The notes under the pieces: generated by a model
Database searches by the model: none
Told to the model about the DNA's origin: nothing
Seen by the model: the letters and a program-made list of their open reading frames with translations, nothing else
In this document: piece by piece, positions 20,801 through 28,616 of the stretch
Layout of the letters: the number at the start of each line of letters is the position of its first letter
Numbering within the stretch: position 1 is the first letter of the stretch
NCBI GenBank assembly: GCA_963716725.1
Contig: CAVQUB010000013.1
Location: 384,001 to 448,000 of the forward strand
Source: an uncultured delta proteobacterium
GTDB taxonomy: Bacteria > Myxococcota_A > Polyangia > Polyangiales > Polyangiaceae
Direction of reading: 5' to 3'
DNA length: 64,000 nucleotides
Translations under genes and position numbers: made by a program

Positions 20801-21085
20801 ACCACCGTCAGCAACGACGGCTCGGCACCCGCGAGCAACGTGCTCGTGCGCTACTACGCTGGCGATCCGCAGGCCGGCGGCAAGCCCGTCCACGACGAAG
20901 TGCTCCCCGGACCCATCGCCGCAGGCGGCAACGCGAGCGTCACCGCGACCATGACCAGCTTCCCGAAAGGCGTGAGCGTGCTGATCTACGCCGTGGTTGA
21001 TCCCGACAACGTCATCGCCGAGTGCAACGACGGCAACAACACCGACGACGCGGACTCGAAGGTCACCTGCGGGGGCGTGCAATGA
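17882..21085 (+). CDS. Large Cys-rich lipoprotein with FG-GAP (integrin-like) repeats and two CARDB domains
   Basis: Lipobox LIA-C; DLDGDGKPEIV, DFDGDGFPEIG, DFNGDGAAEVIY, DVDNDGNAEIV; PDL..., ECNETNN and ECNDGNN CARDB ends. Confidence 0.88.
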   Translation: MRSFCLGLGSVTFGLCALIACGGDPEFTSNPATGGATTGGVAGTSGNGSSGASGGSGGLVLDGGGGDAPADADACATISCPNDQHCDPTTGACVPNDCTALGCKATEICITTDGGAYCKDNSCTGDVECPADQYCNGTVCVIDVCAPGDEKCQGQELLVCKPNGSGSDKKVSCGGGSPYFQSKCQDGGTGKADCPCEDDWDCPNFTECVAGTCEGTGVAPTCSLPPEPFKNVLPANEISWGGTFANPKAVGSPFPDSTQVVMTPLVVNLDDDTGDGVIDERDFPEIVFASFCNSEYTSNGVLRAIHGGGKNKGKDFFANCGGTEWHEGDPAFPSCTCASAELDSTAVLAAGDLDGDGKPEIVGLSETDGIIIYNNLGQVLSKSANFSLGGADPAPSLVNVDNAGFAEIVIGRSVFSLEKDANGKLKILDRFEGSLMHGTNGQGPVSCVANLVGDSKQEIVAGSSVYRMATPPAGAKKRADCTGSETGEAKTWCDGKLVVVWDGQTVNGATALPNGNREGFCAVADVLGANQTKAPGPDSPLDGTAEVILVSNGRLLVLNGQTGKLALNLDSAAGTAGGPPNVDDFDGDGFPEIGTAFALAYVVFDLQATAAECPAWTGVTDSNANKPRTPPSATCQKDSDCGNTAKFSCNESTSQCVCLHNSWRRLTEDDSSRVTGSSVFDFNGDGAAEVIYNDECNFRVYDGLNGGEFFKQPSESRTRIEYPVVADVDNDGNAEIVFSTSTESGFCSENKDSQYNAGIEVWGDAKDTWVSARRIWNQHAYHVTNVTEDGHVPSFEPESWKPYNGRLYNTYRSNPRSSGVAPDLVVQAVQVSSPDATCGKLSKKLDITVQIANIGDLRVGPGVVVSFQGTWTAVPLTEALKTAAAAPLTVVIGQNIEPGEVIWLSASYDAANNSPGVLPDKIAVTVDEGNAERECNETNNTLSKDVSAGAQLPDLRVKLGAPTCLPGPTPKVPTTVSNDGSAPASNVLVRYYAGDPQAGGKPVHDEVLPGPIAAGGNASVTATMTSFPKGVSVLIYAVVDPDNVIAECNDGNNTDDADSKVTCGGVQ

Positions 21086-21354
21086 GCGAGGACGATCGAG
21101 AGACGATCCTCGCTCGACGCCGCCTCTTCGTGGTGTCCGCGCTGGCGAGCCTGGCGGTGACCCAGACCAGCTGCGACAAGGTCACCCAGCCCTGCCTGAG
21201 CATCGAGCGCGTTCCCGACGCAGCCGCGCCCATGTCCTGCCTGAAGCCAATCGCGCCTCCCCCAACCGCCAGTTCGAGCGCCGGCGCGGACGCGGGCCGG
21301 GCCATCGAACCCAGGCCGACGGCGTGCCTCGAGGTCCCGGCGCCGGCGAAGTAG
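21082..21354 (+). CDS. Small Tat/lipoprotein-like peptide with three repeated xCL motifs
   Basis: ATG overlaps the upstream TGA (ATGA); ILARRRLFVVSALASLAVTQTS-C; TQPCL, PMSCL, PTACL. Confidence 0.7.
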   Translation: MSEDDRETILARRRLFVVSALASLAVTQTSCDKVTQPCLSIERVPDAAAPMSCLKPIAPPPTASSSAGADAGRAIEPRPTACLEVPAPAK

Positions 21355-21399
21355 CAGCGCCACGCGCCGGCTCCGAACCGAGCGTGATACGCTGCCCTC

Positions 21400-21594
21400 G
21401 TGTCGCGCTCGTCGCCCCACCTCGAAGACGTCCGCGGCGTGCTGCTGGAGCAGTGGGGCTCGATGGATTTCGAGTACGTCGAACGCGTGCTGGCGGCCCG
21501 GATGATCGCGCTCGACGACCCCAGACTTGCGCCGCGCTTCGCCCGCGTCGTGCGGCAAGTGGAGCGACTGCTGGACCAACCCCCACGGCGGTGA
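21400..21594 (+). pseudogene. Probable internally deleted remnant of a nucleotidyltransferase-family (AbiEii/DUF6036-like) gene
   Basis: LEDVRGVLL...DFEYVERVL...ALDDPRLAPRF resembles the helical C-terminus of this family; TACGCT-6nt-GTG start signal. Confidence 0.4.
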
Positions 21595-21637
21595 CGATTG
21601 CACGTCGTCGAAGTGCTATTCTTCCGGCGAGGCAGCC

Positions 21638-22606
21638 ATGGATCTCGATGCGATGCTGGAGAAATGCGGGCGCGAGCAGTGGAGCGTCGGGGACCTCGAC
21701 TGGAGCGGTCGCCCCCGCGACATGAGCCCCGAGGACGAGATCGCCATCGTCCAGTACTTCACCGACATGGCGGGCATCGAGCGTCTAGCCGGGGCGTTGT
21801 TCGAGGCCCAACGCCGGAACGCTGACGATCCACGGCTCGAGGCTATCTTCAAGAGCTTCGTGAAGGACGAGATCCGCCACGCCCACGCCGCGCAGATGCT
21901 GGCGGACTACTACGACGTGCACCACTACCGGCGCTATGTGACGAGCCCCGCGCTGATGCGATTCGCGCCTCACTTCATGAACTTGATCCAGTACTTGCCG
22001 CCCGAGATCGCCAACACCTACATCACGAGCGGCGAGCTGATCCTGGACGTCGCGCTGCTGCGCTCGATCGACGACCACGTCGACGACGAGATGAGCAATC
22101 GCGCCATGGAACTCATCAACCGCGACGAGTCCCGACACATCGCCGTCGATTTCCGCATGGTCGAACACTATGCATCGAGGCAGTACAAACAGAAGCTGCG
22201 ACAGCGCCCACCGGCACCGCTGCCCAAACGGCTCCGGGCTGCCTGGGCCTTCGTCAGCGTCCTCTATTTCGGGGCGCCGTTCTTCCGGGACGTCTTCTTC
22301 GAGCCCATGCACCACATCGACCCGAGCGGGCGGCGGATTCGCGAAGCGTTCAAACGCATCCAGCTCTTGGGCACCAAGCAAGAGCTCCAAGAGCACCCCT
22401 TCACGCGCTTCATGACCGGGCTGCAAGACGTCTACAACGACCGACCGGCGGTGCGCTTGGTGTTCGGTCGACTGATTCGGCGCATCACCGGAGTCGATGA
22501 GAGCCTGATGGCGCGCCTCTACGATCAGAAAGAAGTCGAACGCTCGAATCGCATGAGCTTCGACGAGCTGGCCGAAGAAGCGCTGTCAGCGAAGTTCGCG
22601 AGCTGA
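21638..22606 (+). CDS. Ferritin-like diiron protein (AurF/desaturase-like fold)
   Basis: QWSVGDLDW; E...DEIRH...E...DESRH diiron ligand pattern. Confidence 0.85.
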   Translation: MDLDAMLEKCGREQWSVGDLDWSGRPRDMSPEDEIAIVQYFTDMAGIERLAGALFEAQRRNADDPRLEAIFKSFVKDEIRHAHAAQMLADYYDVHHYRRYVTSPALMRFAPHFMNLIQYLPPEIANTYITSGELILDVALLRSIDDHVDDEMSNRAMELINRDESRHIAVDFRMVEHYASRQYKQKLRQRPPAPLPKRLRAAWAFVSVLYFGAPFFRDVFFEPMHHIDPSGRRIREAFKRIQLLGTKQELQEHPFTRFMTGLQDVYNDRPAVRLVFGRLIRRITGVDESLMARLYDQKEVERSNRMSFDELAEEALSAKFAS

Positions 22607-22615
22607 GCCGCGGCG

Positions 22616-25135
22616 TCAGAAGCAGCTCTTCACCGCCGCCACCACGCGCTCGACGTCGGGCACGCTCAGGCACTCGAGGGCCTTGTTGTAGGCGATGGGA
22701 TGGTCGCCGGCGCCCACGCGGACCGGCGCAGCCGCCAGGAGCCCGTGGGCCCGGCCTGCGACCCGCGCCACGACCTCGGCCCCGAACCCACCTCGCAGGG
22801 GGCTCTCCTCCACCGTGACCAAGCGCCGGGTCTTCGCCACCGACTCGATGATCGTCTCGGTGTCGAGCGGCGCGACCGTGCGCGGGTCGACGACCTCGAC
22901 GTCAATGCCCTCTCGTTCGAGCTCCTGCGCGGCCTCGAGAGCGACCTGCACCATGTACGAGAGCGCCACGATGGTCACGTCCCTGCCCGCGCGCACCACT
23001 CGCGCCACGCCGAGCGGAGCCACGTCGTCACCCGACGGGACCGGTCCTTCGGTCAGGTAGAGCAGCTTGTGCTCGAAGAACAGCACCGGGTTGTCGGAGC
23101 GGATCGCCGCCTTCAGCAAGGCGCGGCAGTCTCGCACGGTGCCCGGCGCCACGATGATCAGGCCGGGGATATTCATGAACCAGGACTCGAGGGACTGCGA
23201 GTGCTGCGCCGCCATGCCGAGCCCGGCGCCGCCGGGCGTGCGCACGACCATCGGGATCGAGTACTGCCCGCCGGACATGTAGCGGAGCTTGGCGGCCTGG
23301 TTCACCAAGGGGTCGGCGCAGACGGTGAGGAAGTCCGAGAACAGGATCTCGGCCACCGGACGCAGGCCGTTCATGGCCGCGCCCACCGCACCACCCACGA
23401 TAGCGTTCTCGCTGATGGGAGTGTCGCGCACGCGCCGCTTGCCGAACTCGTCGACCAAGCCGGTGGTCACGGCGAGGTAGCCGCCAAGGGTGACGTCCTC
23501 ACCGAGCAGCACCACCCTCGGATCGCGCTGCATCTCTTCGCGGAGGGCAAGGTTGATGGCCCCGGAGGCGGTCATGGTCAGGGTCTCGCCCAGGCTCGCG
23601 GGCTGGACGCGCTTCGGCTCCGGCGAGAACACATGGGTGACTAGTGCCGAGGGCCCGGGCTCGGGCGAGCGGCGCGCGAAGTCCATGGCGGCATCGACGG
23701 TGGAACGCGCCTCGTCGGCCAAGGTCTTCGAGCCCTCGTCGTCGAGCGTTCCTTCGCCCAAGAGGGCGCGACGGTGGCGAACGCAGGGATCCTTCTGCTT
23801 CCACTCCTCGAGCTCGGTGGCGCTTCGATAGCTCTGCGCGTCACCTTCCATGTGGCCGCGCCAACGATACGTGACGCACTCGAGCAAGGCCGGGCCCTCG
23901 CCCGCGCGCGCCCGCGCCACCAGCTCGATCGCGGCGCGGTGCACCGCGTCGACGTCGTTTCCGTCCACGGTCACGCCAGGCATTCCGTAGGAGGCAGCTC
24001 GGTCCGAGAGCTGCGAGATGTTGGTGGAGCCGGCTCGCGGCGTGAACTCCCCGTAGCCGTTGTTCTCGATCACGAACAATACCGGCAGCTTCCACACGGC
24101 GGCGAGGTTCAACGCCTCGTGGAACATGCCTTGATTGGTGGCGCCATCGCCCATGAAGGCCACCGCGACCAAGTCGCGCTCCTGATGCGAAAACGCCAGC
24201 GCCGCTCCCATGGCCATCAGCGGGGAGCTGCCCACGATACCGTTGGCGCCGATGGCACCGACGCTGGCATCGGTCACGTGCATGCTGCCGCCCTTGCCCG
24301 CACAGAGCCCGGTCTCCTTGCCGAAAATCTCGGCCATCATGCGATCCGGCGGCGCGCCCTTGGCGAGCATGTGACCATGCCCGCGGTGAGTGGTGGCGAT
24401 GACGTCGTCGCGCCGCAGCGCGAAACACACGCCCACGGCCACCGCCTCTTGGCCCGTGCTCAGGTGGATCGCGGCCGTTGGCAAGCCGCCGGCCTGCCAC
24501 TCGCCCGCGAGTCGCTCTTCGAGCTCGCGGATCAACAGCATGCGCCGCAGCATCTCGATGCGCAGCTCACGCGGTGCTGTCGGGAGCTCGGCGTGGGCCG
24601 TGGCAGGCACGACTGGCTCGGTCCCGGTCGGAGGACGGGTGTCCGTCGAACCGCCCGCGGCGGTGGTTCCGCGCTTGCGAAAGCGAGCCAGCAGCCGCCG
24701 CCAGTCGATCCGGCGCTTCTTCACCGCTCCCGCGTCGCGCTCCTCGAGCCCCAGCTCCCGCAGCACCTCGGGGTAGATGCTGAAGGCGGGTCGAATGGCG
24801 GGCAGCAGCTTGAGCGCCCCGGTCACGTCACCGCGCGCCCGCACGCGTCCGGTGGCGATGGCGCGTACGGGGTTCAGCTGGCCGCTCCAGAACTCGTGGG
24901 CGGTGTCCGACGACTGCACCATCTCGACGTCGGCCGGGCCGCTGTCGCCGGTCAAGAAGCGCGCGGGTCGATGCTCGAGATCGAAGGTCAGTACCGATCC
25001 GAGGTCGGGGTATCGAAAGCGGACGACGAGTTCGGTGCTGGTGAGGGGATCGGCGACGGCGGGCGACGCCATCAGGCGCTCGAACAGCTTGGCCATCACG
25101 CGCTCGAACTCGGCTCGGTCGGCGAATTTGGGCAT
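22616..25135 (-). CDS. SCP2 lipid-binding domain fused to ThDP-dependent dehydrogenase E1 alpha and beta (AcoA/AcoB, PdhA/PdhB-like)
   Basis: N-terminal AHEFWSGQLNPVRAIATGRVRARGD (SCP2); GQEA, THRGHGH, GKGGSMH, GDGA..ENN (E1a); TPISE, QHSQ, FFEHK (E1b). Confidence 0.9.
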   Translation of the reverse strand: MPKFADRAEFERVMAKLFERLMASPAVADPLTSTELVVRFRYPDLGSVLTFDLEHRPARFLTGDSGPADVEMVQSSDTAHEFWSGQLNPVRAIATGRVRARGDVTGALKLLPAIRPAFSIYPEVLRELGLEERDAGAVKKRRIDWRRLLARFRKRGTTAAGGSTDTRPPTGTEPVVPATAHAELPTAPRELRIEMLRRMLLIRELEERLAGEWQAGGLPTAAIHLSTGQEAVAVGVCFALRRDDVIATTHRGHGHMLAKGAPPDRMMAEIFGKETGLCAGKGGSMHVTDASVGAIGANGIVGSSPLMAMGAALAFSHQERDLVAVAFMGDGATNQGMFHEALNLAAVWKLPVLFVIENNGYGEFTPRAGSTNISQLSDRAASYGMPGVTVDGNDVDAVHRAAIELVARARAGEGPALLECVTYRWRGHMEGDAQSYRSATELEEWKQKDPCVRHRRALLGEGTLDDEGSKTLADEARSTVDAAMDFARRSPEPGPSALVTHVFSPEPKRVQPASLGETLTMTASGAINLALREEMQRDPRVVLLGEDVTLGGYLAVTTGLVDEFGKRRVRDTPISENAIVGGAVGAAMNGLRPVAEILFSDFLTVCADPLVNQAAKLRYMSGGQYSIPMVVRTPGGAGLGMAAQHSQSLESWFMNIPGLIIVAPGTVRDCRALLKAAIRSDNPVLFFEHKLLYLTEGPVPSGDDVAPLGVARVVRAGRDVTIVALSYMVQVALEAAQELEREGIDVEVVDPRTVAPLDTETIIESVAKTRRLVTVEESPLRGGFGAEVVARVAGRAHGLLAAAPVRVGAGDHPIAYNKALECLSVPDVERVVAAVKSCF

Positions 25136-25138
25136 GGC

Positions 25139-26215
25139 TCACCCCGCAACGGATCGATGCGAGGCCAAGAGTGGCAGGCGCCGGCGCTGCCCGAGCTTCA
25201 CCCACGACTTCACCGGCTCGAGGTTGCCCTCGCACACCTCCGAGATCTCGACGCGATGAATCGATACGCATTTGTGACAGCTCTCGCCGGTCTTGCCCGC
25301 CAGCTCACGCAAGCGCGGGTGGCGCAGCACCTGCTCCAGACTCTGATCCTTCAAATTGGCGATCGGTCGGGTCCCCCAGTGCATGCAGTCGACCACGTCG
25401 CCGTTGGCCTCGATGGGCAGCATGAACTTGGGCCAGTGGCAGCTGTACTCCGGCGGGCCCTTCTGCATCATGCTCATGTGCGTGTTCGAGTTGAGAATGG
25501 GATAACCGCGCTGCTTGAGATCCTTCAAGACGCCGAACGCAGTGGAGAGTTCGGCCTGTGAGGGTGCAAAGCTCGAGATGTCAACGTCGCTCTCTGCGGT
25601 GGCCGCTTCTTCGCGCAGAGCGTTGAAGACACCGAGCACTCCCAGATCCGCCATCAGCTCGGCCATGCGCCGGAGTGTGGCTGTGTCGGCGTTGGCTTTC
25701 TGAAGCGTGCAGACGAATAGGATGGTCTTCTTCGGATCGCGCGCCCGAAGTGCCCGGGTGCCCGCCACGATCTCGCCGAACAGGCCGCGGATCCCGCGAA
25801 TTTCGTCGTGTTTGACCGAAGGGTGGTCGAGCGAGATGCTGACCTTGTCGATGTTATCGGCGACGGCGTCGAGCTTCTTCCGGAGCAAGAAGCCATTGGT
25901 CACCATGTTGCTGATCAAGCCCACGTCCCGAGCGTGACGGACGATCTCCTCGAAGTCGCGATGCAAGAGCGGCTCGCCTCCCCAGATCGAAAGGCCGATG
26001 AATCCGGCGCGGCGCGCGTCGGTGTAGAGCTGCTTGATGGCCGGCGTCGAGAGCTGATCCCGCGGATCGTAGAAGTCCGGATTCCAAGCGCAGAAGCCGC
26101 AGCGTGCGTTGCAGCGTGCGGTGAGGGCATGCACCAAGTAGATCGGGTGTTGGACTCCCAGACGGGCTCCGGCGAGCCGGCGGGTGAGTTCGAAGATATT
26201 CGCTCTTGCGTTCAT
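25139..26215 (-). CDS. Radical SAM enzyme with Cys-containing Twitch/SPASM-like C-terminal extension
   Basis: CNARCGFC, GGEPLL, MVTNG, ISLD; C-terminal C...GDVVDC...CHKC. Confidence 0.92.
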   Translation of the reverse strand: MNARANIFELTRRLAGARLGVQHPIYLVHALTARCNARCGFCAWNPDFYDPRDQLSTPAIKQLYTDARRAGFIGLSIWGGEPLLHRDFEEIVRHARDVGLISNMVTNGFLLRKKLDAVADNIDKVSISLDHPSVKHDEIRGIRGLFGEIVAGTRALRARDPKKTILFVCTLQKANADTATLRRMAELMADLGVLGVFNALREEAATAESDVDISSFAPSQAELSTAFGVLKDLKQRGYPILNSNTHMSMMQKGPPEYSCHWPKFMLPIEANGDVVDCMHWGTRPIANLKDQSLEQVLRHPRLRELAGKTGESCHKCVSIHRVEISEVCEGNLEPVKSWVKLGQRRRLPLLASHRSVAG

Positions 26216-26817
26216 GACGTGGACCTTTCGAGAAGCGTGGTGAGTTCGGCGACGTGGCGCCGACGAAGCGCCAGGCGCTCGGGCGACAGCGGGTCCTCTC
26301 CCAAGAATGCCCCGAGCACAGGCTCGTAGATGAAGTAGCCGGAGATCGCTCCGAACACGCTGATGGCGAGGTCGCGCGCGACGTCACGATCGCCGAAGTG
26401 CTGTTCGAGGAGCTCGCGCAGCGGGCCAACGATGGCGGCGGCGCTGTCGCGCACGACGTCTCCACGATCGATGAGCTGCCGGAGCAGGAGCCGCTGCAGA
26501 TCTCGTTCTTCGACCAAGAAGTCGAAGTGAGCGAGAGCGAGGCGGACCGGCAACCCGGCTCGGTCGCCTTCTGCAACCGCGGCAGAGAGCCGCTTCAGAA
26601 GGCGGCTCTGGGCATCGGCCACGACGGTGTCGTAGAGCGCCTGCTTGCCGCCAAAGTAGTAGTTGATCATCGCTGCGGTGGTGGCTGCGCGCTCGGCGAT
26701 GGTCCGCACCGAGGCGGCGCCGAAGCCGCTCTCCGCAAACTCGCTCCGCGCCGCCGCCACGATGCGCTCGCGCACGCCATCGCTCGCCGACCCAGGAATC
26801 ATGCTCGAATCAGCCAT
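26212..26817 (-). CDS. TetR/AcrR family transcriptional regulator
   Basis: RERIVAAARSEFAESGFGAASVRTIAERA...MINYYFGGKQALY. Confidence 0.95.
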   Translation of the reverse strand: MADSSMIPGSASDGVRERIVAAARSEFAESGFGAASVRTIAERAATTAAMINYYFGGKQALYDTVVADAQSRLLKRLSAAVAEGDRAGLPVRLALAHFDFLVEERDLQRLLLRQLIDRGDVVRDSAAAIVGPLRELLEQHFGDRDVARDLAISVFGAISGYFIYEPVLGAFLGEDPLSPERLALRRRHVAELTTLLERSTS

Positions 26818-26844
26818 TAAACACTCGTTCTAAACACGTGTTTA
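26818..26844. promoter_or_regulatory. Putative TetR operator: perfect 14-bp palindrome TAAACACGTGTTTA plus an adjacent TAAACAC half-site
   Basis: Palindrome at 26831-26844; half-site at 26818-26824; on the minus strand TTGACT-17nt-TAAACA overlaps it. Confidence 0.7.
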
Positions 26845-26886
26845 ACAACCGGCGATGGCAAAGTCAAGCGCCGGACGCGCCGGGCA

Positions 26887-28041
26887 TCATTCGACGGTGA
26901 TCAATGGCGCTGCGAACCCGCCGCCGGCGAAGTCCGCGTCGCGGATCAGCTCGGGCGCGGCGCCCGATCCGCCCAAGTCGAAGGCCTCGATGCTCTGGGT
27001 CGTCGCGGCCAAGACGCGCCCCGCCGGCGACAGCGCGAGCGAGCGGCAGAACCATGGTGACGACTCCACCGGACCGGAGAGCGGAACCATCGATGGTTCC
27101 GCGTCGAGGCGGAGCGGCAGGAGCACCAGGGCGCCGGTCGAAGATCCCCGGGACAAGAGCAGGACGAGCGCGTCCCGATCCGCGGCGACCTCCACGCACT
27201 CGATGCTGCCCTTCGCGCCCGGCACCGTCACGCTGCGGAAGCTCGTCGGCACCGCAGGATCGACCCGGGAGATCTCGGCGATCTCGATCTGCGACCCGTC
27301 CTCGTGCTTCCTCACCAAGTACGCTTCGTCGCGATCCTCAGCGCCCGCGAGACGCGAGCTCGGACGACCCGGGGCTGGGATGGAGTGGAAGTCGATCTGC
27401 CACTGCGAGTCGAAGCGCGCCACGAGCAGTGAGTCGAAGGTCTCGCCTGCGTCGAAGCCGGTACTGCTCAAGGACAAGAGCCGTCCCGGAACGCTCGCCG
27501 ATACGAGGCTCGAGGGGCGATTGATCGCTTGGCTGCCCGGCACCAGGCGCAGAGCGGAGTCGAGCAACGACCAGGTCACCGCCATGTCCTCGGTCAGGAC
27601 CAAGACGTAGGGCGGGAAGGGAAAGAGACGCGCGCCGGGTCCAAGCTCATCGCTCTCGCCCACCAGAGAGAGCTGCCCGTCGACGATGTCGAAGGCTCGA
27701 ACCCTGGAGGTCTCCAGGTCGTTGGGCGAGGTCGCCGCGAGGAGCCGCGAGCCATCGAGCACCAGATCGCCGACCACCTCGCCGACGACGGTCGTCGACA
27801 GCACGTGGCCCGTCGCCGGGTCGAAGGCCGCGACTTGGCTCGGTCCACTGCGAGCGTAGGCGCGCTTCTTCAAACTCGGAGCGACGGAGCTCACAGGAGG
27901 GCCGATGGCGGGGTCCGCAGGGATCGTCGCCGGACCAGGACCCGCGTCGTGTTCTTCAGCGACCGCTCGGAAGGGCTCACCCGCGCAGGCGGTGAGCACG
28001 AGCACACAGAGACTCGCGATGGACTTTCGGATCGGTGGCAT
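26887..28041 (-). CDS. Hypothetical lipoprotein, possible beta-propeller
   Basis: Lipobox LTA-C; beta-rich repeats; no catalytic motif recognised. Confidence 0.65.
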   Translation of the reverse strand: MPPIRKSIASLCVLVLTACAGEPFRAVAEEHDAGPGPATIPADPAIGPPVSSVAPSLKKRAYARSGPSQVAAFDPATGHVLSTTVVGEVVGDLVLDGSRLLAATSPNDLETSRVRAFDIVDGQLSLVGESDELGPGARLFPFPPYVLVLTEDMAVTWSLLDSALRLVPGSQAINRPSSLVSASVPGRLLSLSSTGFDAGETFDSLLVARFDSQWQIDFHSIPAPGRPSSRLAGAEDRDEAYLVRKHEDGSQIEIAEISRVDPAVPTSFRSVTVPGAKGSIECVEVAADRDALVLLLSRGSSTGALVLLPLRLDAEPSMVPLSGPVESSPWFCRSLALSPAGRVLAATTQSIEAFDLGGSGAAPELIRDADFAGGGFAAPLITVE

Positions 28042-28123
28042 GACCCCGCCTCGGCCCGCGCCGGCGGAGAGTTTCCGAAAAAGTCTTGCTCACGCATTCA
28101 GCACTTGGGCGCAGGTGCGCTGC

Positions 28124-28615
28124 TCAGTCCAACTCGCGCGGGCGCCACACCTGAACGAGCTCCGCTCCCGCTTCGCGGCCGACCTCCGCCCAATCATCGA
28201 CCGCGAGACTGAAGCGCGCGATGGCCGCCGTGGGCATCGCCTCACGCATGGCAGCAAGGTCGCTCACCAGCTCTTCGGTGCCGGGGTTGTGGCCGACCAC
28301 CAAGAGACAGCCGACTTCGTCGGAAACACCGGCGATCTCCTCGAGGATCTGCCCGGGGGACGCCAGGTAGAGCTCACGTCGGAGTCGCAGCTCGGGCTTC
28401 CAGCCAAATGCTTCGGCGACCGCCGACGCGGTGGTCCGTGCGCGCAGCGCGGTGGAGCTCAGGATCAGATCCGGAACCACGGCGTGCTGGACCAAGATCG
28501 CGGCCATCTGCGGCGCGCTGCGTTCACCGCGGGTGTTGAGCGGGCGATCGTGATCCGAGACGCCGTCGTCGTCCCAGCTCGACTTGGCGTGTCGCATCAA
28601 GAGCAGCGTCTTCAT
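28124..28615 (-). CDS. sixA: Phosphohistidine phosphatase SixA
   Basis: LLLMRHAKSSWDD, DHDRPLN.RG, SSTALRARTTA, LVVGHNP, MPTA. Confidence 0.92.
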   Translation of the reverse strand: MKTLLLMRHAKSSWDDDGVSDHDRPLNTRGERSAPQMAAILVQHAVVPDLILSSTALRARTTASAVAEAFGWKPELRLRRELYLASPGQILEEIAGVSDEVGCLLVVGHNPGTEELVSDLAAMREAMPTAAIARFSLAVDDWAEVGREAGAELVQVWRPRELD

Positions 28616-28616
28616 C

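Noticed and set aside
22616..25135. Housekeeping pyruvate dehydrogenase call (pdhA/pdhB)
   Set aside because: SCP2 fusion, TetR/radical SAM context and absence of E2/E3 argue for a specialised enzyme, so no symbol was assigned
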